The notes under the pieces are model-generated. The model saw only the letters and a list, made by a program, of their open reading frames with translations, searched no databases and was not told where the DNA came from. A DNA stretch of 12,366 nt, taken from contig JBHLSH010000093.1 of NCBI GenBank assembly GCA_048881705.1, positions 1 to 12,366 on the forward strand, given 5' to 3'. The translations under genes were made by a program, and so were the position numbers. This document shows positions 7,887-12,366 of the stretch, one piece after another. Numbering within the stretch: position 1 is the first letter of the stretch; each line of letters opens with the position of its first letter. The stretch is from Candidatus Heimdallarchaeota archaeon. Its GTDB lineage: Archaea; Asgardarchaeota; Heimdallarchaeia; Hodarchaeales; Hodarchaeaceae.

Positions 7887-8735
7887 ATGGGTGAACCTGA
7901 GAAGGAGAAAACCAGCTGGTCGGATCATGTGCGGAATTTTATCCTCGCCTGGTATTTATGGACTGGAGTAGTTTTTGTTGGAGTGTTTTTCATTATATTT
8001 ATTCCAGCCGCGTTGGTAAGTTGGATTGGTATGTGGGGTTTGGACGTTGTGTTAACGCAATTCCCATACTTAATTGTCGCCATTCCATTTCTACTTCCAT
8101 ATCTACTTGTATTTCTTGCATGGCCCCTTTTCTATCTGGTTATGCTGGATATATCATTAATTTCAGTGATACTGCAGGATTTAGTGCTATTGAACAATCC
8201 TTTATCGTACATATTTTATCTTCTGTTCCTTATTATTCCAGTAGTAGGGTATTTACTTACATATTTCCGGTATTATACACGGATTCCTCGGTCAAAAGAA
8301 GACCTCATCCTCCCGTTAAGTAAGAATTTGCTATTAGAAAAACGATTAATTCAGGAAGAGGGCGAGAACCCCACACCGATTTTGAGTAAAAGTTCGGTGA
8401 TAATCGGTGTAGTATTGCTAACGGTGGGATTCGTTGATCTCAATTTGGCACTCGTGGGCGTGATACTATTCGTGATGGTGATTCTAACTGCCCGCATACA
8501 GGAAGAGAAGAAAGAGAAGAAAGAGAAGAAGGAAGAAGGGAAGGGTCTAGTTTCAGTATGCAGAATGAAGAAGAAGGCGAAATCCATAGCATTGAAGGGG
8601 GGCCGCGCATCTGTCCCGCATGTCGATTTGCGAATAAAAGCACAAACGCAGAATGCAGCAATTGCGGCGCAACACTTCGGGAGTGAATTAACTCGTAGTA
8701 CCGCTGTAAAGAGCCGTTCTCCGCGATTAATCTAA
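7887..8735 (+). CDS. Multi-pass membrane protein; likely true start ATG 7887; true C-terminus probably the zinc ribbon in the -1 frame (ending 8686)
   Basis: About 5-6 hydrophobic segments, then EEKKEKKEKKEE. The frame-0 tail after ~8545 has no recognisable features, whereas the -1 frame encodes a CxxC-x10-CxxC motif. Confidence 0.8.
   Translation: MGEPEKEKTSWSDHVRNFILAWYLWTGVVFVGVFFIIFIPAALVSWIGMWGLDVVLTQFPYLIVAIPFLLPYLLVFLAWPLFYLVMLDISLISVILQDLVLLNNPLSYIFYLLFLIIPVVGYLLTYFRYYTRIPRSKEDLILPLSKNLLLEKRLIQEEGENPTPILSKSSVIIGVVLLTVGFVDLNLALVGVILFVMVILTARIQEEKKEKKEKKEEGKGLVSVCRMKKKAKSIALKGGRASVPHVDLRIKAQTQNAAIAAQHFGSELTRSTAVKSRSPRLI
8505..8531 (+). repeat. In-frame 9-bp tandem repeat (GAGAAGAAA x2 + GAGAAGAAG) encoding EKK x3
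   Basis: Read directly from the sequence at 8505-8513, 8514-8522 and 8523-8531. Confidence 0.85.
8558..8686 (+). CDS. Zinc-ribbon module (42 aa from ATG 8558), either a separate micro-gene or the frameshifted C-terminus of the 7887 gene
   Basis: MQNEEEGEIHSIEGGPRICPACRFANKSTNAECSNCGATLRE*. It contains CPAC-x3-N-x6-CSNCG, the pattern of RanBP2-like/zinc_ribbon_2 domains. This frame is open from 8438. Confidence 0.8.
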   Translation: MQNEEEGEIHSIEGGPRICPACRFANKSTNAECSNCGATLRE

Positions 8736-8788
8736 GATCACTAGGTTTTCGTACTGGCTAGCGGGTGATGATAGTTAGATGCCTGCAT
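8686..8788 (-). repeat. Dispersed bipartite intergenic repeat, copy B, with attC-like box arrangement on the minus strand
   Basis: Homologous to copy A (32/40 and 24/26 nt). The minus strand reads ATCTAAC-TATCA-TCACCCGC ... GCGGTAC-TACGA-GTTAATT. Confidence applies to the repeat; the attC interpretation is much less certain. Confidence 0.85.
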
Positions 8789-9073
8789 TGAAAGTGACTC
8801 AGGACCATACATGTCAGAAGAAATAAATTGAAATTTCACCTGGTCTTTCAGCTGTTGGGATCTATCATAACTCCCACCAGCGTCGAAAGTTCATCCCACG
8901 AATCCCTAATCTGATGAATTTGTCCCCATTACAGGTCTAGTCATGCTTTCATACCCCCAAAGAGGAATGGCCTCCTATAAATCTCAGCGAAATAGCAGTT
9001 TACTGATGTCGTGCAAATTTTGACTTCGTTGGTCAGCTATCAAGAAAGAATCCCTTCATGACCGAGGGTTCAT

Positions 9074-9160
9074 TTATTGCCTATTTTTTCTTTTAGTTTG
9101 CCACCAAACACTCACTAGGATGGTTATGAAAACTAGTGGAATGTTCCATGCTGGGGTTGG
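9074..9160 (-). pseudogene. Orphan C-terminal sorting-signal remnant of a surface-protein gene
   Basis: The minus strand reads PTPAWNIPLVFITILVSVWWQTKRKNRQ* (stop at 9074-9076), the same motif + TM + basic-tail layout as the 4825-7086 protein. The frame closes upstream at TAA 9209-9211. Confidence 0.5.
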
Positions 9161-9202
9161 GTCCCGCCTTAAAAAACCGTTCTCCACTATTATTGGAAGA
9201 TC
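9161..9202. repeat. Half copy (block 1 only) of the dispersed repeat, copy D
   Basis: GTCCCGCCTTAAAAAACCGTTCTCCACTATTATTG is 30/35 identical to 4727-4761. The following AAGATCA also matches copy B (8734-8740). Confidence 0.85.
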
Positions 9203-9509
9203 AGTGCATTATCAAACAGACTTAGACAAACGGAATTTTGGCAGACAGCTCTTCCCATCATTTCTACCCTGCTGCAAGGTGGTTTTAAATCCCGTAGGTA
9301 GCGCTACGAGCATTGCTCAATGAAAATGCGACCATTAAAAATCCTTTTCCAATGGATCCGAAGCCTCGAGACCTTCTCCTCATGCGCTATAAGCGCCCAA
9401 TAAATGTCTCAATCGCGCATATATTCTGCAAGCCATATGGTATACATTCCTTAAATTCTCCTTTTTTCACGTGGTCTTTAATCCTAGATTATAGAGTGTG
9501 GGACTAAGA

Positions 9510-12366
9510 GTGAGAAAAGAGAAAATCTTATTGATTTGGATTCTTATTTTAGTTTTTGGAGCTGTACTCCCCTCTAATGGAGTTATGAACGAGACCACTT
9601 TGCAGGATGGTCCGTATGCTGTAGACAGACTCACTTCGACAGTCTCGACTGTCAGTACCCGTGATGAGGGAGCCAGTTCGTCTAGAATGGTTACTAAAAG
9701 CGACTTAAGTAATGAAACCAGTTTGGCCAGTACAGGAGGTTCTAACAAAACCTTAACCGCAAAAATGGCTGATCCCATACAGGCTAATGGTGATTCCCCA
9801 GGGTGGATCGTCGATCCGACTGGGCACACCGCTGGATATAATCTTTCAGACTATTCTGACACCTATTTTGAACTCCGAGGATCCCGAGGCCAATTTTCTC
9901 GGCACTTCTATAATAAAACCTCCGGAAAATATACTTATCAATCTGATGCCTTAGTTCAAAAAACAGGAGTCTTTGAGGATACGATTTGGGTAACTGAGGA
10001 CGAATATCCCCATAGATTCATGTTACGCTTACGAGGCGGAGAGACTTATCTCTTTGAGACCGCAGGGGACATAACAACCTTCCTGAAAACCGTTGATAGG
10101 TCATCCATTTGGTCGGTCGGATTTGAAAGCTTCGCAGGCGTTATGGGTTTTTACCTAAATGCTCTCGACACTAGGAGTGGACATGGACAATATCTATATT
10201 GGCCCCGCTTGAGTGATGGTTCAATCAACGGCCTTGATCAGCCGTTATACGCCATTTATCCCCATCTTTTTGCAAAGTCGAACGGTCAATGGATGGATCA
10301 GATCCTGACTGATCGATCCTTGTATTCTGGAAAGTTACAGAGTCTGCAAGACACGTTAACGTTTTATGACTCCTCAACTGAATTTGGAGTTTTTTTCTCG
10401 TTAATGAATACAGGGATTCAAGGAACGAATTGGAATTTTAAACATGGTTTCAAATATCGCATGAGTGACCAGTCCTATCACATGATCACAGAAATAGAGT
10501 GTCTTAGCCACGATTTCGACGATATCGGATTAGCGTATGACTTAACAACAGCACCCCAGAATGAAAATAGCGCCTATTCTCCCAATCATTTCGTGTTGAC
10601 AAGTGAAGAAGAGGAAGTTGTAATATCCGCAGAAGAGACCTGGCAGGCAAAAAACTATCTGACTGATTTCTGGTCTCAAGTAAATCTAGTGACAGAAAAC
10701 GGCGAACAGTTTCATTTTGTCTTTGATGATATGGCGCTTACGGGTTTTTCCGAGAAATATCTGCAATGGACAAACCTTCAGCTACCTGATAATACGGTCA
10801 AAAAGGTCCTCAGAGCAGGCATGTATGGATTTGGCACTTACCGAGCTGGTACAACAGTTGAAATTGATCCCTTCCCAGTGTATTCAACAGATAATTATGA
10901 TTTGTACCGAAAATGGACTACCTGGTACACCGGGTACACCTATATGATTGTCGGGTCGCAAGCTAGCACCCTTCATTCTATGTACCTGGCGTTTAATACA
11001 GGCTTGGATTTTGATGTTTGGGATATCACCTCTGTTTCACTCCAACTTTATTGTGAAACCTCAACTTTCGATGACTCAAGTGAAGGAGCCTCATGCTATG
11101 TATATAATGTGGGAGGAAACGCGGATAGCAACACGGCAAAGGAGAATTCCCTGAGTTACGCTACAGGGACGAATGCTTTTGAATCCAAAGTTTACAGTGG
11201 AAATATTGGATCAGGGGGTTATAAAACGGCGGATCAGACCAAAATGGGGAATCTGCTTAATTTTTGGGCAGACAATCGGAATTCCAATGAAAACTGGATT
11301 AGTTTCCGTTTCAGTCCCTCTGGCCCCGAATCTGAAGATTATTATAAGTTCCGGGATAGTCAGTATTCAGGAACGAGCCGTGATCCCAAATTATCCTTCC
11401 TTTATCATCCCACCGATTACACGATTGGTGGGCTTGTTCATCACGATGGTAACGGAATTCAGGGGGCCTACGTCCAGCTTTTTCATAATGGTGCAAAAAT
11501 CGGAGAAGATGTGACAAGTAGTTCAGGCGCATATTCGATTGGGGTAACCGAGGATAATCACGATTATACCTTATGGGCCTGGCATGAAGATTACATTAGC
11601 CAATCTGAGACTGTAAGACCAACTGAAGACCTGATAGTGAATTTCAATTTAGTGGCGGTAAATATCCCCACTCAAAACCCACCCTTTGGGGTACGAAGTC
11701 CTACCGCGTTCACGGAAGATGATACGACGGCGTGGAAACAAGAAACCCAGGCCTACGCTTTAGGAACGGATTATGCCGTTAGCGAAAAAGCCGATAAGAA
11801 CATCTATTACAAAAGCTATGGATGGCAAGTCCCCAGTACCGTCACGATTCAGGGCGTTTATGTCTATGTCCATTGGAAATCCGTTCTTGATGATAGACTC
11901 AGTGTAAAACTCTATTGGAACGGAGGGGCGAGCTCTCCCAGTACCTTAAGTACTTCAGCGTGGGCGTTTACTGTCCTAAACTATACCAGTGTGACTTCAT
12001 GGACGGCCGCAAAAATCAATAGTGATCAGTTTCGTGTAAGTCTCAAACAAGTGGAGTATGGAGTGACCCAAGACAAACTCATTGTGGACTGGGTGGGAAC
12101 GCTGGTGGAATACGCTGATGTTCGAGCTTTCACGTGTTACACGCTGAATGGCACCAAAGGCGAAAACTATTCGTTTAACATCTTATTCCATAACTATGGC
12201 ACCGTGGCTGCGGCTCATTTTGACTTTAAAGTTAAACTTGAAAACTTCAATTATACAGATTACGACACCTGGATAAATAATACATATGCAGGCACGTCAC
12301 TTAATGCAGATTCATCGGTGTGGGTCAATAATATCATTATCAACCGAACGTTTGAAGGCACCGCTG
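9510..12366 (+). CDS. Large secreted/surface glycoprotein, N-terminal >952 aa (runs off the right edge; not in the ORF track)
   Basis: Manual translation from GTG 9510 (alternative GTG 9498) is open to the window end. It has a signal peptide (MRKEKILLIWILILVFGAVLP), an S/T-rich linker and many NxS/T sequons. It also contains a DNRLRE-like segment (YLAFNTGL...ITSVSLQLY...FRDSQYSGTSRDPKLSFLY), a carboxypeptidase-regulatory/transthyretin-like Ig fold (GLVHHDGNGIQGAYVQLF...TSSSGAYSI...YTLWAWHEDY), a jelly-roll-like segment (YGWQVPSTVTIQGVYVYVHW) and the start of a CARDB-like module (FNILFHNYG). Confidence 0.9.
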   Translation, partial: MRKEKILLIWILILVFGAVLPSNGVMNETTLQDGPYAVDRLTSTVSTVSTRDEGASSSRMVTKSDLSNETSLASTGGSNKTLTAKMADPIQANGDSPGWIVDPTGHTAGYNLSDYSDTYFELRGSRGQFSRHFYNKTSGKYTYQSDALVQKTGVFEDTIWVTEDEYPHRFMLRLRGGETYLFETAGDITTFLKTVDRSSIWSVGFESFAGVMGFYLNALDTRSGHGQYLYWPRLSDGSINGLDQPLYAIYPHLFAKSNGQWMDQILTDRSLYSGKLQSLQDTLTFYDSSTEFGVFFSLMNTGIQGTNWNFKHGFKYRMSDQSYHMITEIECLSHDFDDIGLAYDLTTAPQNENSAYSPNHFVLTSEEEEVVISAEETWQAKNYLTDFWSQVNLVTENGEQFHFVFDDMALTGFSEKYLQWTNLQLPDNTVKKVLRAGMYGFGTYRAGTTVEIDPFPVYSTDNYDLYRKWTTWYTGYTYMIVGSQASTLHSMYLAFNTGLDFDVWDITSVSLQLYCETSTFDDSSEGASCYVYNVGGNADSNTAKENSLSYATGTNAFESKVYSGNIGSGGYKTADQTKMGNLLNFWADNRNSNENWISFRFSPSGPESEDYYKFRDSQYSGTSRDPKLSFLYHPTDYTIGGLVHHDGNGIQGAYVQLFHNGAKIGEDVTSSSGAYSIGVTEDNHDYTLWAWHEDYISQSETVRPTEDLIVNFNLVAVNIPTQNPPFGVRSPTAFTEDDTTAWKQETQAYALGTDYAVSEKADKNIYYKSYGWQVPSTVTIQGVYVYVHWKSVLDDRLSVKLYWNGGASSPSTLSTSAWAFTVLNYTSVTSWTAAKINSDQFRVSLKQVEYGVTQDKLIVDWVGTLVEYADVRAFTCYTLNGTKGENYSFNILFHNYGTVAAAHFDFKVKLENFNYTDYDTWINNTYAGTSLNADSSVWVNNIIINRTFEGTA

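Noticed and set aside
3650-8546. Canonical programmed -1 ribosomal frameshift signals at the two frameshift sites
   Set aside because: Neither site has a true X_XXY_YYZ heptamer (C_AAA_AAT and A_GGG_AAG), and no clear stimulatory structure follows. Indel error or mutation is more parsimonious.
4715-9202. CRISPR array or IS terminal inverted repeats
   Set aside because: The copies are kilobases apart with no regular spacers. They are in direct orientation with no transposase or target-site duplication visible.
9120-9507. ORFs 9120-9323 and 9313-9507
   Set aside because: Short, with no motifs or protein-like composition. The first overlaps repeat copy D and the antisense sorting-tail remnant.
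9638-9653. GACAGTC-TC-GACTGTC inverted repeat
   Set aside because: It falls inside the STVSTVST-coding linker of the large ORF and is explained by the peptide repeat.
7958-11532. Overlapping ORFs 7958, 8351, 8440, 9467, 10717, 10948, 11173 and 11311
   Set aside because: Shadows of the 7887 gene and of the large 9510 ORF that the track omitted.

Overview
A 12.4-kb window of probable archaeal origin. The Asgard/Heimdallarchaeia-like assignment is inferred from protein style: C-terminal GW/PAW + transmembrane + basic-tail sorting signals, a G-x-GT-x-x-NPY-x-I beta-helix surface module, a membrane protein ending in a zinc ribbon, and TATA-like promoters. Coding content: a partial hypothetical gene leaving the left edge (minus strand); a divergent 733-aa HerA/VirB4/FtsK-like (DUF87) ATPase; a multi-pass membrane protein split by a -1 frameshift (3098-4614); a BMP/PnrA-family binding domain fused to beta-helix, Ig-like and C-terminal anchor modules (minus strand); an orphan signal-peptide ORF; a membrane protein whose zinc ribbon sits in the -1 frame; and a >952-aa secreted surface protein leaving the right edge. 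The two edge genes and the zinc ribbon are missing from the ORF track. The most unusual signal is non-coding: a dispersed bipartite repeat at gene junctions (4715-4801, 8686-8788, a half copy at 9161-9202, and possibly a degenerate copy at 484-561). The 8686-8780 copy has integron attC-like architecture on the minus strand. The half copy abuts an orphan surface-protein sorting tail. No integrase, transposase, rRNA, tRNA or CRISPR array is visible.
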